Source: Mobula hypostoma
Lineage: Eukaryota
Direction: 5' to 3'
DNA: 64,000 nucleotides
NCBI RefSeq assembly: GCF_963921235.1
Contig: NC_086097.1
Location: forward strand, 155,684,001 to 155,748,000
Shown: positions 35,656-49,968 of the stretch, one piece after another
Position numbering within the stretch: position 1 is the first letter of the stretch
Layout of the letters: every line of letters begins with the position of its first letter
The notes under the pieces: generated by a model
Seen by the model: the letters and a program-made list of their open reading frames with translations, nothing else
What the model was told of the DNA's origin: nothing
The model's database searches: none
Position numbers and translations under genes: made by a program

Positions 35656-37686
35656 CATAGAGTCATAGAAAAGTACTGGACAGAATCAAGACCTTTAGCC
35701 TACCTAGTCTGTGTTGCACCATTTATGCTGCCTAGTCCCATCAATCTGCTACCAGGCCATAGCACTCTATGCCCCTGCCATCCATATACCTATCCAAACT
35801 TCTCGCATGTACCACTTGCATTGGCAGCTCGTTTCACACTCTCATGACCCACCGAGTGAAGAAGTTTCCCTCATGTTCCCCTTCAACTTTTCACCTTTCA
35901 CCCTTAACCCTTGACTCTGTTTGTCACCCCACCCAACCTCAGTGGAAAAAGCCGGCTTGCATTCACCTGGTCAATACCCCCTATAATTTTTACACCTCCA
36001 TCAAATCTCCCCTCAATCTTACTCGTTCCAAGGAAAAAGTCTTAACCTATTCAATCTTTCTGTATAACTCAGGTCCTTGAGTCCTGGCAATTTCCTTGTA
36101 TTTTTTTTCTGTACTCTTTCAAATTTATTTACACCTTTCCTGTAGGAAGGTGACCAAAACTGCAGAAAATACTCCAAACTAGGTCTCACAAACATCTTGT
36201 ACAACTTTAACATAACAGCTAGCTCCTGTACTCAATTCTTTGATTTATGAGGAGCAATGTGCCAAAAGCTTTCTTTAAGACCCTATCTACATGTGATGCC
36301 ATTTTCAAGGAGTTATGAACCTGTATTCCCAGATCTTTTGTTCTACTGCACTCTCAGTGTCCCGAGGAGAGTACCTTTCACTGTGTAAGACCTACTGTCA
36401 TTGGTCCTACCAAAGAGCAACACCTCAACCTTGTCTGCATTAACTTCTATCTGCCGTTTTACAGCCTATTTTTCCAGCTGGTCCAGATCCCACTGCAAGC
36501 TCTGATAGACTTCCTTGCTGTCCACTACACCCCTAATCTTGGTGTCATCCACAAATTTGCTGATCCAGATAACCATATTAACAACCAGATCATTGATACA
36601 GATGATAAACAGCAACGGACCCAGCACACCACTATTCACAGGCCTCCAGTCAGAGAGGCAACCATCTATTACCACTCTCTGGCTTGTCCCATAAAGCCAA
36701 TGTCTAATCCAATTTACAACCTCATCTTGAATACCAAGCGACTGAACCTTCTTGACCAACCTTGCATGTGGGAACTTGTCAAACACTTTGCTGAAATCCC
36801 TGTAGAGATCATCCACTCTTTTGCATTCATTGATGTTTCTGGTAACTTCCTTGAAAAACTCTATAAGATTGGTTAGATGCAAATTACCACACACAAAGAC
36901 ATGCTGACTATTCCTAATGAGTCCCTGTCTATCCAAATACTCATACATATAGACTCCTAGAATACCATCCAATAACTTTTATACTACTGATGTCAGGCTC
37001 GTTAGCCTACAGTTTCCTAGTTTATTTTTAGAGCCTTTCTTGAACAGCGGAACGACATTAGCTATCATCCAGTCCTCCAGAATCTCACCTGTCGCTAAGG
37101 ATGATTGAAATATCTCTGCTAGGGCCACTGCAATTTCTGCACTTGCTTTCCGCAGGGTCCGAGGGAGCACCTTGTCAGGCCCTAGATTATCCACCCTAAT
37201 CAGCCACAAGACAGCAAGACCTCCTCCTCTATAATCTGTTTAGGGTCCTTGACCTCACTACTGCTTTGCCTCATATTGGTAGATTTTTTTTTCATCTCCT
37301 GAGTAAATGCAGATGCAAAAAATCCATTTAAGATTCTCTCCATCTCTTTTGGTTCTATGCATGGATTACCATTAGCATCTTCCAGAGGACCAATTTTGTC
37401 CCTTACAATCCTTTTGTTCTTAACATATTGATCAAATTCCTTAGGATTCTCCTTTACCTTGTCTGCTAGGGCAACCTCATTCCTTCTTTTAGACCTCCTG
37501 ATTACACTTTTAAGTGTTCTCTTGAATGTCTTTGACTCCAAAAATATCTAATTTGTGCCTGCCTGCCTATATCTGCTATACACCCCCTTTTTATTTTAAC
37601 CATCTCTTGAAAATCAAATCTGTTATCTTTACCTTTTATTCTGACAGACATGTACTGTACAAGTTTAGTATTCTCAAAGTTTTGTA
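35656..37686 (-). mobile_element. CR1 (second subfamily) nested in the 3' end of the host CR1
   Basis: (catagag/a) tail; LTNLIEFFKEVT, DFSKVFDK, SKFVDDTKI, ANVVPLFKKG; ctcc duplicated at the flanks (~35653 / ~37688). Confidence 0.85.
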
Positions 37687-39432
37687 CTCTCCTCTTTAAA
37701 CTTACCCAATGCCTGGAACTGCATAACCATTTCTGGCCATGAATTCCACAGATTCACCACTCTCTGGCTGAAGACATGTTTCCTCATCTTTGCTCTAAAT
37801 GGACATCGTTCAGTTCTGAGTCTGTGCCCTCTGTTCCTAGACTCCCCCACTAGAAGAAACATCCTCTCCATGTTGACTTTTGCTGGGCCTTTCAATATTC
37901 GACTGGTTTAAATGAGAAACCAGACCCCCCTCCATTCCAGAGCCAAACACTCCTTGTATGTAAACTCTTTCATTCCCAGACATTCTCATGAACCACCTCT
38001 GGAATTCCTCTAGTGCCAGCAAATCCTTTCTTAGATAAGAGGCCCAAAACTGCTTACAGTACCCCAAGTGAGGCCTCACCAATGCCTTATAAAGATTCAG
38101 TATTTGCTTTTGTATTCCAGTCCTCTCTAAATGCTGATATTGTACTTGCCTTCCTTACCACTGACTCAACCTGCAAATTAACAATTCTGCATGAGGACTC
38201 CCAAGTCCCTTTGCACCTCAGATTTTTGTATTTTCTCCACATTCACAAAATTATCAATGCCTTTATTCCTTCTGCCAATGTGCATGACCATGCGCTTCCC
38301 TACATTATTTTCCATCTGCCACTTCTTTGCCCATTTCTCCATTCTGTCTAAGTACTTCTACAGAGATCCTGCTTCCTCAATGTTACCTGCACTTCCAGCT
38401 ATTGTATCATCCACAATCCTGGCCAAAAATCATCAGGTCCTTCATCCAAATCATTGACATTCACGTGAAAAGAAGCGGTCTCAACACCGACCCCTTCAGC
38501 ACACCGCTAATCACTGACAGGAAACAAGAAAAGGCCCCCTTCATTCCCAGTCTTTACTTCCTGCCAGTCAGCCAAACTTCTATCCATTCTGGTTCCTTTC
38601 CCATAATATCATGGGCTCTTATTTTGTTCAGCAGGATCATGTGTGGCGTCTTGGCAAAAGCCTTCTCAAAATCCAAATAAACGACATCCACTGACTCATC
38701 TTTGTCTATTCTGCCTTTTTTTTCTCAAAGAATTCTAACAGATTTGTCAGGCAAGATTTCCCCTTTAAAAAACTATGCTGACTTTGGGCTATCTTATCAT
38801 GTTTCCAAGTACTGTGAAACCTCATCCTTATTAATAGACTCCAACATCTTTTTAACCACTGAAGTCAGGCTAACTGGCCAATAATATCCTTGCTTCTGCC
38901 TCCCTCCCTTCTTAAAGAGTGGAGTGACATTTGCAATTATCCAGTCTTCAGAAGCCATTCCAGAATCTTGTGATTCTTGAAAAATCTTTACTAATGCCAC
39001 TACAATCTCTTCAGTTGTGTCTCTCAGAACCTTGGGGCGTAGTCCATCAGGTCTAGATGACTTGTCTACTTTCAGACTTTTCAGCTTCCCAAGCACTTTC
39101 TCCTTAGTACTGGCAATGAAGCTCACTTCTGCCGCCTGATACTCTCTCATTCCTGGCATTCTACTAGTGTCTTCCAGAGTAAGGACTAAAGAAAAATATT
39201 TTCTATGTTCCTCCGCTATTTCTTTGTCCCCCATTACCACCTCTCCAGCATCATTTTCAAGTGGATAGACATCTGCTTTTTTACTCCTTATATCTGTATA
39301 TCTGAAAAAAACACTTTGTGTTCGCACTTATAATATTGGCAATCTTACCTTCATATTTCATCATTTCTCACTTTATGGCTTTTTATTTGCCTTCTGTTTG
39401 TGTTTAAAATCTTCCCATTCCACTAACCTTCT

Positions 39433-42283
39433 TGTTATCTTCTGTAACTCCAAAACTAATCAAAACAAAAACAGAGCTAGAAATCTAAGTGTCCTCTAGT
39501 TTTACTTTTAGTGAGGAGTGCACATATGTCTCAAGGTCTCTCAGTGTGTAATTTTTCTCTGCAGTGGTGAGGGAATAATGGACAATTACAAAGACTAGTG
39601 GATGTTCACTTCCATCACTCATAACATATGACATGACTGCACTTACACTATAAGGCGAGGCATCAAGGCAAGTTTCACTGATTGATGTGGATCATAAAGT
39701 GTGAGTACAGTATCTGATGTAACCATTTCCTTTTAAGAAGAGAAGAATAGCCCCTAACTCAGCATTGGAGTTATCGGGGAACCGTCATGACGATGTTTCC
39801 ATAGCAAGCTATTCTTGTGTTTACGAGGCTGAGTTGCTAGCTCGACGCTCAACCCGACTTGGATTCAAACTCGGGAACCTTCACTCCGGAATCCGGCACT
39901 GATATTATTATGCCATCAAGCAATAATATCCATTTCCTTTACCTTGTGGAAAATCACCTCACATTGCTTTGTCTATTGCCATTTCCTTCCTGTTCTGTAG
40001 TAATGAGTTTAAGGGATTTACATTCACCAGGTTTGGCAGGAGCCTGTTAGAATCATTGACAAATCTCAAATAAGGCTTTTGGCCTTAAAGCATCCAATGT
40101 TGCTTGAATTTTCTCAGCACACCCGTTTAATTATTACGCATCAATGGTGTGACCACAGTAGGTGATGCTTGGTTTAAAGATTCACTCTTGTTACATTGTG
40201 CTCAGAGGTCATGATCTTCTAATATTTTTAACCATGTCTTCAGATTTTGGAGATGTTCCTTGTCATCCTCACCAATAAAAATATCATCCAGGTGATACTG
40301 AGTTTCTGAGCAGCCTTGCAGCTCCTGGTGTATAGCTTACTGCCAGAGTGCAGGTGCAGATGCTAGTTCAAAAATACCTTGGTCTCTTGTTCCATCTGCA
40401 TCTGTAGGTAGGCCTCAGCTATCCACTTTGCTGAAATGTTTCCCAGCAGCAAGGTTTGCAAAGATATCCTCTATCCTGGGCAGAGGGTATTGATCTACTT
40501 TCAATACTGGGTTAATGGTGTCTTTAAAATCAGCATAGATCCTGACAGACCCATTCTTGTTGATAACTGGGACAACTGGTGCTGCCCGTGGGCTCCACTC
40601 AACCTTGGAAAGAATTTCTTCAGCCTCCAAGCAATCTTGTTCACTGGCTGCTTTATCGCAGATGGTATAAAGAACTGGACAAGCTTTGTAAACTTTGGGT
40701 GTGGCATTTTCATTTAACACTATTTTAACCTTGATATATTTGAGTTTTCTAGAGCCATTCTAGAACACTTCTGTGGCGTCATCCAGTAGCTTTCGTAATT
40801 CACTTGCAGTTGACTCTGTTGCAGGGGATGTGGCATGCAAATAGTGGATGGATCTGCAATAAAGTTGCAGTTACCTCTGCCAATCAAGGTCCCACAACAC
40901 TGTCCCTCCTGTTTTTACCTTTTACGTACACCCCCAATGTGGCTTGTAGGTTGCTGCACTTCATTGCTACAAATGTCATTCCCACAGGAGTTATCTCTTT
41001 CTCCAGTTTAAGTTCTTAGTTGGATATTTACAGGCTTCAGTTCTGGGTCTTTGAAATTTCATTCAAACTCATTGTGTGAAATGACTGCAGCTTAGTGTTC
41101 TTTTTGAAATTGCATCTTGAATGTTTATCTTTATCTCCTTTCTGTGCAGTCCATTTATTTTTGTCTGCCTAACCTAATCTGTGTATGTGTCCTACTTTGT
41201 TGCATTTTCTGCAAATTTTGCTTTTAAACATGTATTGTTCTGGTGTATGTGAGCCCTTGCCAAAATGGTAACACTATTTGTTTGGCCAGACAAATTTCTG
41301 TTTAGACATTGCAATTTTATTCATGTTCACTTTCATTCCTGACTGCAACTGACTTGCATCTCAGGCTGCTGTTTCTGTTGACACAGTGATTTCAACCACT
41401 CTTTTCTATGTGAGTCATGCTTCAGTTAGGAGCCACTTTTGAATGTTTTCTTGTAAGTTTCCACAAACCAAACAATCTCTCAGTGCACCATTAAGCCCAT
41501 CATCGAACAGACAATGCTCGGCCAATTTCTTCAATTCAGCCACATAAGCTGAAAAGGACTCCCCCTGCTCTTGATTCTTCTTGTGTAACCTAAAGCTTTC
41601 TGCAGTCAACAATGGTTTTGGTTCTAAGTATTCCTGCATTATGTCCATGATATCAGTAAAGCTCATTTCAACTGGTTTCATAAGAGCACTAAAACTTCTC
41701 ATGAATCTGAATGCTTTTCCACCCATTACGCTCAGCAGAACTGGCACTCGCTCTTCATTTCTGTCTGGTTATCTGTTGTACAATTGAATGCATCTTTCTT
41801 TCTGATGCAGCCAGGCATTTCTGTTTCTTTATATATTTATTATTATCACCTGGTACTCACTGTTTATGAACCCATGAATTTCATCCATTTTCTACCTTTT
41901 TAAAACTCAAATGGCTCTCTCTCCTTGCAAAGAAACACGTGCTGTTTTATGCCCAAAAATTTCTCTCTCCTCTTGTGGAAAAAAAAACATGCTGCACTTC
42001 AACATGTGGGTAGTTACGTCAGGTTACTTTGAAAATTATCTCATCGCCACCATTATGTTATGTAATTCCAAATCTAATTGAGAGAAAAATATGGAGCTGG
42101 GTGTACTCTGGATTTACTTTTCATGAGGCATGCACATATGAAGTGGTGGTGTGATGACATATGCTATGTATGTATTTCTTACATGTATCCCGTGATGAAT
42201 TATGTAATCAAGGAAAGAATGCTTAATTAAACCATGTATTTACAACATTATTCAAATATTACTGAAATATTAAATTTTCCACA
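39433..42283 (-). mobile_element. Degenerate Gypsy (Ty3) LTR retrotransposon, integrase region deleted
   Basis: gag (LEPKPLLTAESFRLHKKNQ...YVAELKKLAEHC..LRDCLVCG; CCHC knuckle CRKCNKVGH); RT (PVVPV..KNGSVRI..DFK..INPVLKVDQYPLPRIEDIFA; HLDD at ~40285); RNase H start at ~39580-39680. 5' LTR ~42052-42283 with PBS-like TGGCGA at ~42044-42049; partial 3' LTR 39433-39530. 5-bp flanks cttct/cttcc. Confidence 0.85.
39725..39920 (-). mobile_element. tRNA-derived SINE (family of 30012-30263) inserted in Gypsy pol
   Basis: tttacgaggctgagttgctagctcgacgctcaaccc and ggattcaaactcggg (B-box) on the opposite strand. Confidence 0.65.
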
Positions 42284-42730
42284 CTTCCACTGAATGCTTG
42301 CTATACTATATGGCTGTTCTTTTGCTTTTATGCCGTCTTTGACTTCTCTTGTCAGCCATGGTTGCTTTATCCTCCCTTGAGAATACTTCTTCATCTTTGG
42401 GATGTATCTTTCCTGTGCCTTTCAAAGTTCCCCTGAAACACCAACTATTGTTGTTCTGCCAGCATCCCTGCTAGTGTTCCCTTCCAATCAACTTTGCCTA
42501 GCTGCTCTTGCCTTCATTATACTGATACATCTGATTTTAGCATCTCCTTCTCAAACTGCAGGGTAAATTCTGTCATATTATGATCACTGTCTCCTAAGGG
42601 TTCCTTTACCTTAAACTTCCCCAATCAAATTTGGATTATTACATAACACCCAACCCAGAATTGCCATTCTCCTATTGGGCCCAACCTTAAGCTGCTCTGA
42701 AATGCCATCTCATAAGCATTCTACAAATTA

Positions 42731-43325
42731 CGTCCTTTTCCCCGGTATCTTTTGTATGTTCTGTTTCCTCTCCGGGTCTGTGGGTCGCGCCTATTGTCAA
42801 TCCTCCTTGTTATGGGTTGACTTTAGGATTTATGGAGTCTATTATTAATTTTGTCTCCTGGAATACTAATGGTCTTAATCATCCTATTAAAAGGAAAAAA
42901 GTTTTTAAAGTGTTCCGGAGACTTAAAGCACAAATTTTATTTTTACAAGAGACCCATGTACGGAGGGGGGACAGACTACGTTTTTTCAAATTTTGGAAGG
43001 GACAACAATTTCATTCGAACTCCAATGCTAAGATTCGAGGCGTCTCTATTTTTATAGACTCCTCAGTTACTTTTATACAACAGGATATTATCTCTGATCC
43101 GAATGGTAGATTTTTATTGGTTAGTGGTTTATTATTTAATAAAAAAGTAGTTTTGGTTAATGTTTATGCTCCTAATATGGATTGTCCGGAATTTTATAAA
43201 TCATTGTTTGATCAGTTTCCGAATTTGAACGAGTTTTCATTGATTTGGGGCGGAGATCTTAATACCTGTTTATCTCCAGCTTTGGACCGTTCGGCTCCTT
43301 TACGGACTTTACCTAATAAATCTGC
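42731..43325 (+). mobile_element. L1 internal fragment: ORF2 APE endonuclease N-terminus
   Basis: MESIINFVSWNTNGLNHPIKRKK...ILFLQETH...RGVSIFI...DPNGRF...NVYAPN...WGGDLN..LSPALDRS; the frame is uninterrupted and the element is truncated at both ends. Confidence 0.88.
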
Positions 43326-44169
43326 ACTGCATCTTCTTGTACACAAACTGCCCCATCTTCAGACTCATCACTCTACTTCCCATTCTCCTGCAAAACTAAT
43401 TTAAACCCTCTCCAGCAGTCTTACCAAACCTGCCCGCAAGGATATTGGTCCCTCTCGGGTTCAGGTGTAACCCATCTTTTTTGTACTAGTCATAGCTTCT
43501 CCAGAAGAGATCCTAATGATCCAGATATCTGAAACTTTACCCCCTGCACCAATTCTTCAGCAATGCATTCATCTGCCAAATCATCCTGTTCTTAGCCTCA
43601 CTGACATATGGCACAGGCAGCAATCCAGAGATTACAACCCAGGAGGTCCTGCTTTTCAGATTTCTTTCTAACTCCCTATATTCTGTCTTCAGGATCTCTT
43701 TCCTTTACCCATCTATGTTGTCGGTATCATGACTTCTGGCTGTTCACTCTCCCCCTTTTGAATGTCATGGACCCAATCCAAGACAACCCTGACCCTAGCA
43801 CCAAGGAGGCAACATACCAAATGGGTGTCTCTGCATCCACAGGGATGCTTTCTCCTTCTCTAATTATTGAATCCCCAAATGCTACTGCATTCCTCTTCTT
43901 CCACCTTCCATTCTAAGCCACAGAGCCAGAGTCAGTTCCAGAGACCTGGTCACTGTGGCTCCCCCAACATTATCAAAAAGAGTATTGGGCCAAAGTCAAA
44001 TCACTCCAACAATGGCCACTCTGCTTACGCGTTCTTTCTTTTTACTGGCCTCGCACTGATTGCCACCATCGAGAAAAAAGCCAAAGAGCACCCGAACACT
44101 CTTTAGACCTTGCAGTGTGTCTCCAACGAATGACCTCACACGCCAATTACCACCCACTGACCAAAAAAG

Positions 44170-44378
44170 AAACACAAGAGACAGGAGATGCTGGAAGCTG
44201 GAGCAACAAACAATTGCTGGAGGAACTCAGCAGGCTGAGCAGAATCTGTGGGAGGAAGGGAATTGATGATGTTTCATTTCAGGACCGATGCCAGGTTTCA
44301 ACCTGAAATATCAACACACACTTCTCTCTCACGTTTTCTGCTCGAGCTGCTTCGTTCCTTCAGCAGATTGTTGCTCAA
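44170..44378. mobile_element. Penelope-derived fold-back (palindromic) mini-element
   Basis: gagcaac..aattgctggaggaactcagcaggctgagcag is the inverted complement of ctgctcgagctgcttcgttccttcagcagattgttgctc. Confidence 0.65.
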
Positions 44379-44434
44379 TGCATTGAAAAGTCTGTCAGCT
44401 ATTAAAGCAGAAGGACCCGAACTAACTGTTTCCT

Positions 44435-44675
44435 AAAGGGAGCCTGAGGGGAAACTTCATCACTCAGAGGGTAGTGCAAGTATGGAACTAGCTGCCAGTG
44501 GAAATAGTGGATGTGGGTTCAATTACAATATTGAAGAACAGTTTAGATAGGTACATGGATAAAAGGGGGATGGAATGCAATAGTCTAGGTTTGCCTAGAT
44601 GGGACTAGGCAGTTGCCCAAGTCTAGATGGGCCAAAGGGCTGCTTCTGTGCTAAAGTGATCTACGACTTTATATT
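44435..44675 (+). mobile_element. CR1 3' end fragment
   Basis: actcagagggtagtg...ttagataggtacatggat...gggccaaagggc. Confidence 0.65.
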
Positions 44676-45679
44676 AATGATATGGTTAGACTATTTTGTG
44701 GATTGCTTGTTCTAGGAGTGATATGAAACATTGCAAAGTACAGAATAATGGAGTAAGTACACCTTGCCCAAGGGTGACCTGCTGGCTAGAGGATGGAAGG
44801 AAAACCCTATAACCTCATTTGGTAGAGACATATCTTCAGCCTTTATGTGGCAGGCAACAAGTTTCACATCATATAAGTCAGATAATAAAACTGATTCTGA
44901 TTCTCAGTTTTCAAGGATGTTGTACTATGAAAGTGCTGTAATGTACCCCCAGCTTCCAACAACCATCATCATTCGTGCCCACCACAATCCCCACCCACTC
45001 ACCAATTCTGGCAATATTCTTCACTTTCACAGAACTAGAACATAGAACAGTACAGTTAGAGCAGACAGCACTAGGTGACCCACAGTGTTAAGCCAACCTT
45101 GTTCAATCTACCATTTTCCTCCCACATAGCCCTCTATTTTTCTTTCATTCATGTGCCTATCTATGTTTCGGAAATGTCCCTTATCCCTATGCCTCTACCA
45201 TTGCCCTTGTCAGCATGTTCCATGCACAAGAGAACTGTAATGGATGGGAGGTGTTTGGAGGGAAGTGGTCTGGAATGTAGGTGGATGGGACTAGGCAGAG
45301 GATAGGGTTGGTATGGATTAAAGGGGCCAAAGGGCCTGTTTTGTGCTCTTCTACTCTATGGCTATAAAGACGACAAATCTAAGTGAAGATGTTTTTATTT
45401 ACTGCCCTGATTACTTGTTAATAAAAATGAAATGTGTTTTTCATTCTTTTCTGTATGCAGCCTGCGATATTTTTATATCTGCCACAATCATGAATCACCA
45501 CCTATAAGTTTTGCAGCTGTACTATGTGGCAGTAAAATCAACTGTGGTATTTGTCATTGTGCCGCTCATGTTTCAAAATTTTGCCCAAAAACTGATTGTC
45601 TCAGATTAATTAAAGGTAATTTTCATTGGACTAACTATTTTTGAGTCTTTGACAACATAAAATACGCAAACATAATATA

Positions 45680-45990
45680 GTAGCATAGCTTTACAGTGCC
45701 AGTGCCCAGGGTTCTGTTCCTGACGCTGCCTGTAAGGAGTTTGTAGGTTCACCCCATGACTGTTTGGAGTTCCTCCCAGTGCTCTGGTTTCCTCCCATAT
45801 TTCAAAGATGTAGGATTAGGACAAGTGAGTTGTGGGCATGCCATGTTGCTGCCAAAGTGTGGCAACACTTGCAGCTGCCCTGTACAATCCTCACTGGTTT
45901 GATTTGACACAAATGATGCAGTTTATCGTACGTTTTGATGTCTCAATGTACAAACGTGTACATGTGACAGATAAAGCTAATCTTCATTGT
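45680..45990 (+). mobile_element. V-SINE-like element
   Basis: V-domain agtgctctggtttcctcccatatttcaaaga; 3' part similar to 46350-46490 and to the reverse complement of 3470-3600. Confidence 0.6.
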
Positions 45991-47224
45991 TATTTTGAAA
46001 ACGTTACAGTGAAGGTTAATGCAGAGAGTATGGTTGATGCATTGCAAGTGGATTTTCAAAATGCATTTAATAATCTCCCGAATGCAGACTTGTCATCAGA
46101 ATGAAAGCCTACAGGACTAAAGCAGCTGTGTGTTGAATGGATTTGAAATTGGCTATGGGATGTAAAGGAGAAAATTGCAGGGGCACTTGCTTTTTAGACT
46201 GGCTGATGTTAGCATTGGTTCCAAGGATTTCCAGAAGCTGGAGGCTGGTGACCTGCCCTGGGGTTGGAGGACTTTGCATGTGTATGAGTGGAGAGGAGGA
46301 AAAGGGCTTATTTTGTTGTGATCTGTGTTGTTCTGCCAAGCATTGTAGACATGCTATGTTGGCACCAGAATGTGCGGCAACATGTGGACTGCCCTCCACA
46401 CACCTTGGGTATCTTGGTTGTTAACACAAATGACACATTTCATTGTATGTTTCAGTGTATACATGACAAGTAAAGAAATCTTGAATCTTCAATCTTGGCT
46501 TTGGAGCACAGGGTACTTTTGATGCATATTATTGACCTAAACCTAGATATAGAGAGTATGAGATCAATATTTGAAACAGTGAAATGTAGCAACTGAATGA
46601 TGGTAGCATATTTCAAGGGGACGTACACATATGACATGGGCAGCCACATTGTTTACAAAGTTTAACTCAAGAGTCCACATGTCTGTACAAATATGTTAAT
46701 GACATTACTTTCATCCATCCTCCTCTTTGTTTCATTTATGAATTCAGTCAAATATGAATAGGTTTTGAGAAATTTATTATCCAATAAATCATACTATGAA
46801 GCATGATCACCATCAGAAGAGAGTTATCTAATGCATTTATGCCATTAATTAGGTCACAAGTGGAAAACTGTGGTCAAATATATTCCCTTTAGAATAGTTA
46901 CAGAATGTACACATCACAAGCATTTTAGCACAGGCGCTTTCAAAACAAGAACAGAATAATCAAAGGTTGAAGGCATATGGAAGAGGGAAGAGAGACACAT
47001 TGAGTAGTTCTTTCCAAGATATAATTGGGCAAATGGCTTTAGATTTAGTACTGTGTCCAGATTTCTATGATTCAATAAATTTAATAACTAAATCTAAATC
47101 TTTTGTGAGGCCTGTACTTCTATTTTAAAAAAATCTGCATGAACCTTGTGTTTCTGAAATCATGTTGCATGCCAATTGACTACTGTATTTTCATCTCCTT
47201 AAAAATAGCTCGATAAAGTCTCCT

Positions 47225-48000
47225 GGAAGCGGAGTAGAGTAATGATGGCATTAAACGGCGATTTCTTTGCTTGTATATTCGGAAACAGCTTTATTTCTAC
47301 CTTTTAATATTTTTATTTTTCCCTTCAGCATTCTTTTGAAGACCCTGACCAGGAGTTAAACGTTGACTTTGGTCCTTTGCGGGAATGGGACCCGTTCTCA
47401 GGGTTTCATAACCGGCCGTTGTTCAGCACGCCAAGGGCTCAGCTCGGATTTGGAAGCTTAGGATCTTGGAGCTCTGGATACTAGCGGATCGAGGTTCGGT
47501 GTCATGGCAGGAGAACTGTGTGTTGTCGGGGGAGTCAAAATATCTTCAGGCACAGAGCTTGAAAAAAGTGACATAACGGACTTTTAACATTGTAAACCAG
47601 CGAGTTGTTTGTTATGTCTCTCCACTCACTGGGAAAATGGAGACACCTCCTTCTCCCTTATTAGGGAGAGAGAGAGAACCTGTGGTATGTCGTATACTGG
47701 GTGAAACGCGAAGTCTTTGGTCTGTGTCCTTGCTATTGCTTTTCTCATGCTTAAGTGCTCATGTGGCGGATCCTGATGCTTTTTTTTTGCTGGTGGGGAG
47801 GGGGGATTGTTGCTTGTTGTTGCTTATGCGCGGGAGGGAGGGGAGCTGAGCAGGACTTTGGGGTTCTAGCAATTAACTGTTATTCATTCTTTGGGGCACT
47901 GTTTTCATGGATGGTTGCAAAGAAAAAGCATTTCAGGATGTATATTGTATACATTTCTCTGACATTAAATTGGGTGTTTGAACCTCTGAACCTTTGAATA
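47225..48000 (+). mobile_element. Non-autonomous retroelement with Rex/Babar-like tail
   Basis: 5' atgatggc motif; 3' ctctgacattaaa...tgaacctctgaacctttgaa. Confidence 0.5.
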
Positions 48001-48410
48001 AAGTTCAAGTTTAATTGTCATTCAACCGTACACATGAATGCAGCCAAACCAAACAGCGTTTCTCTGTGTCTAAAGCAATATCTACAGCCAAACACAGCAC
48101 AGATGTATACATACCTACAAACACAGCACATATGTATACATATATACATACACACACGTAAGATAACTTGCATACATTGATCGATTGTATGTCCATAAAA
48201 TGATCTGCAAATAAGGTGATAAAGTTGTGTAATGATAAATTAGTGGTTGTGGTTGGAGATGCGGAGGGGTGGGTTAGTGGGTGGAGATGTTGAGCAGCCT
48301 TACTGCTTGGGGAAAGTAACCATTTTTGAATCTGGTGATCCTGGTGCGGATGCTACATAACCTTCTCTCTGGTGGGAGTGAGACTTACAGTCCATGAGCA
48401 GAGTGGGTGA
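48001..48410 (-). mobile_element. Rex1/Babar-like 3' fragment
   Basis: tactgcttggggaaagtaaccatttttgaatctggtg closely matches 22348-22390; (aagttc)n tail. Confidence 0.7.
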
Positions 48411-49389
48411 GCGGAGTAAGATTTAAAAGGAACTTGAAGGTAATTCTTTATTTTACCCAGAGAGTTGTATATATGTAGAATACGGTGTCAGATGAAGTGG
48501 TTGAGGCATGTATAATAATCCACTTTAAAAGCTATTTGGCCATGTACAGAGGTTGGAAAGGTTCAGAACACTAGCAAATGGAACTAAAATGGATGAGGCA
48601 TCTTTGTTAGCATGGACCAGTTAAACCAAAAGGTTTTCTTCCATGTTATATAACTCTATAGCTCTATGATTTTATAATTGCATATCGTAATAATAATTTC
48701 AAAAACTATCAATTGTCACTTCATTTTTCTCCACCCAGGTTAACAACCTTACTATGAAATCAATGAATGTCAGAAGATAATGATTATAATTTATTTTTCC
48801 ATAAACAAACTTGAAGTTCCATAAAAAATTAATAAGTAAAATTAATAAAATAATAAAGTCCTGACATATCAGGTTCACTAGACATTTGCACTGAATGTAC
48901 ACCATTAAGTCGGTTCTCCTGGCATTTTAATATAAAGGTTATAAAGTCTCTACTCTGGGTTCAGCTTTACCATGAATGTACATGGTTTTGATATTAACTA
49001 CTTATGTGAACATTAGATTGATTCCAAAGGAGTAAATAAGACCATTCCATTCCTGATGTACTTATCTTGTACACACTACCAGGCATGTTTGCTCATGGTG
49101 ATCTCCTGTGAGGAACTAATGGAGTCTTCATGCATGATACATTAAATTGCAATCAATAGTCCAGAGTGAGACCTACTCTCTTCTAACAGAATTTAAAATC
49201 AAGTACTTTCTAGAACAACAAAAAAATTAATAGCTAATGCAGCATGGTTGATAGGTATAAAGCTGAACTAATGTGACTTTGCTTTGAGACAAACAATGGT
49301 TGAAGTCAAGATAATAATCCTTTGTGGTCTGGTCACTCTCGATACTCTCATAGACTGAAAATGAAAAATAAAGTTAAATGCATGAAATC

Positions 49390-49968
49390 TTGTTGTGGGT
49401 TAGGGGCTGATAAGGGGATGTTATGAACCAATTGGGATAGTTGTTATGACTTTGGTGTATCTGGAAATTTTTGTATGCGTGGGGTTTTGGGGCAGAAGGC
49501 GGGAGAGAAAGAGAGAGATGGACCAGGTGCTGTGAGTCCGCTAATGGGGTCGGACCCCGAGCGGTGCGATTGTCGAGGAGGGGGAGACGGAGACGGACTC
49601 GTGTGGAGCGTCTGGTCAACCACCGTTGTTGGTCCCAGGCGGCCGGTCGAGGTGGTCCGAGGGGTCGCAGGGTGAAGAAGGTGGTTCTTGAACTCCAACT
49701 GTTTTGCGCATGAAGAGATTGAACTTTGATAAGTGTGACACCTTTTATTTTCCTTTTATATTTTATTCTCTATTAATTATATAGTTCCAGTAATATCTAT
49801 AAACTGTAAATTATTTAATCGCATCTGGTGTATTGTCTGTTATTTGGGTGGGGTGGGGTACATCACACAGCATCCACACAAACTAATTACCCAGTTTGGC
49901 GGGGCTGAGGGCTGTTTCCCTAGACGACAGCGAGCCGAGCGATCCTGAGGGTGGCCAGGGGGGCTACA
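49390..49968 (+). mobile_element. 5'-truncated LTR, family A (copy of 9699-10388)
   Basis: Closely similar to ~9822-10388 and ends gggctaca; the first ~120 bp and the left TSD are missing. Confidence 0.88.

Larger units (their letters stand above)
35500..44130 (-). mobile_element. Long degenerate CR1 (probable ORF1 region to 3' tail) hosting CR1, Gypsy and L1 insertions
   Basis: Tail cataagacctaggagcag at ~35504. ORF2 pieces at 37690-39430 ([34 protein letters not shown]). Linker/EN-distal part at 42284-42730. Probable ORF1/5' region at 43325-44130. Confidence 0.75.
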
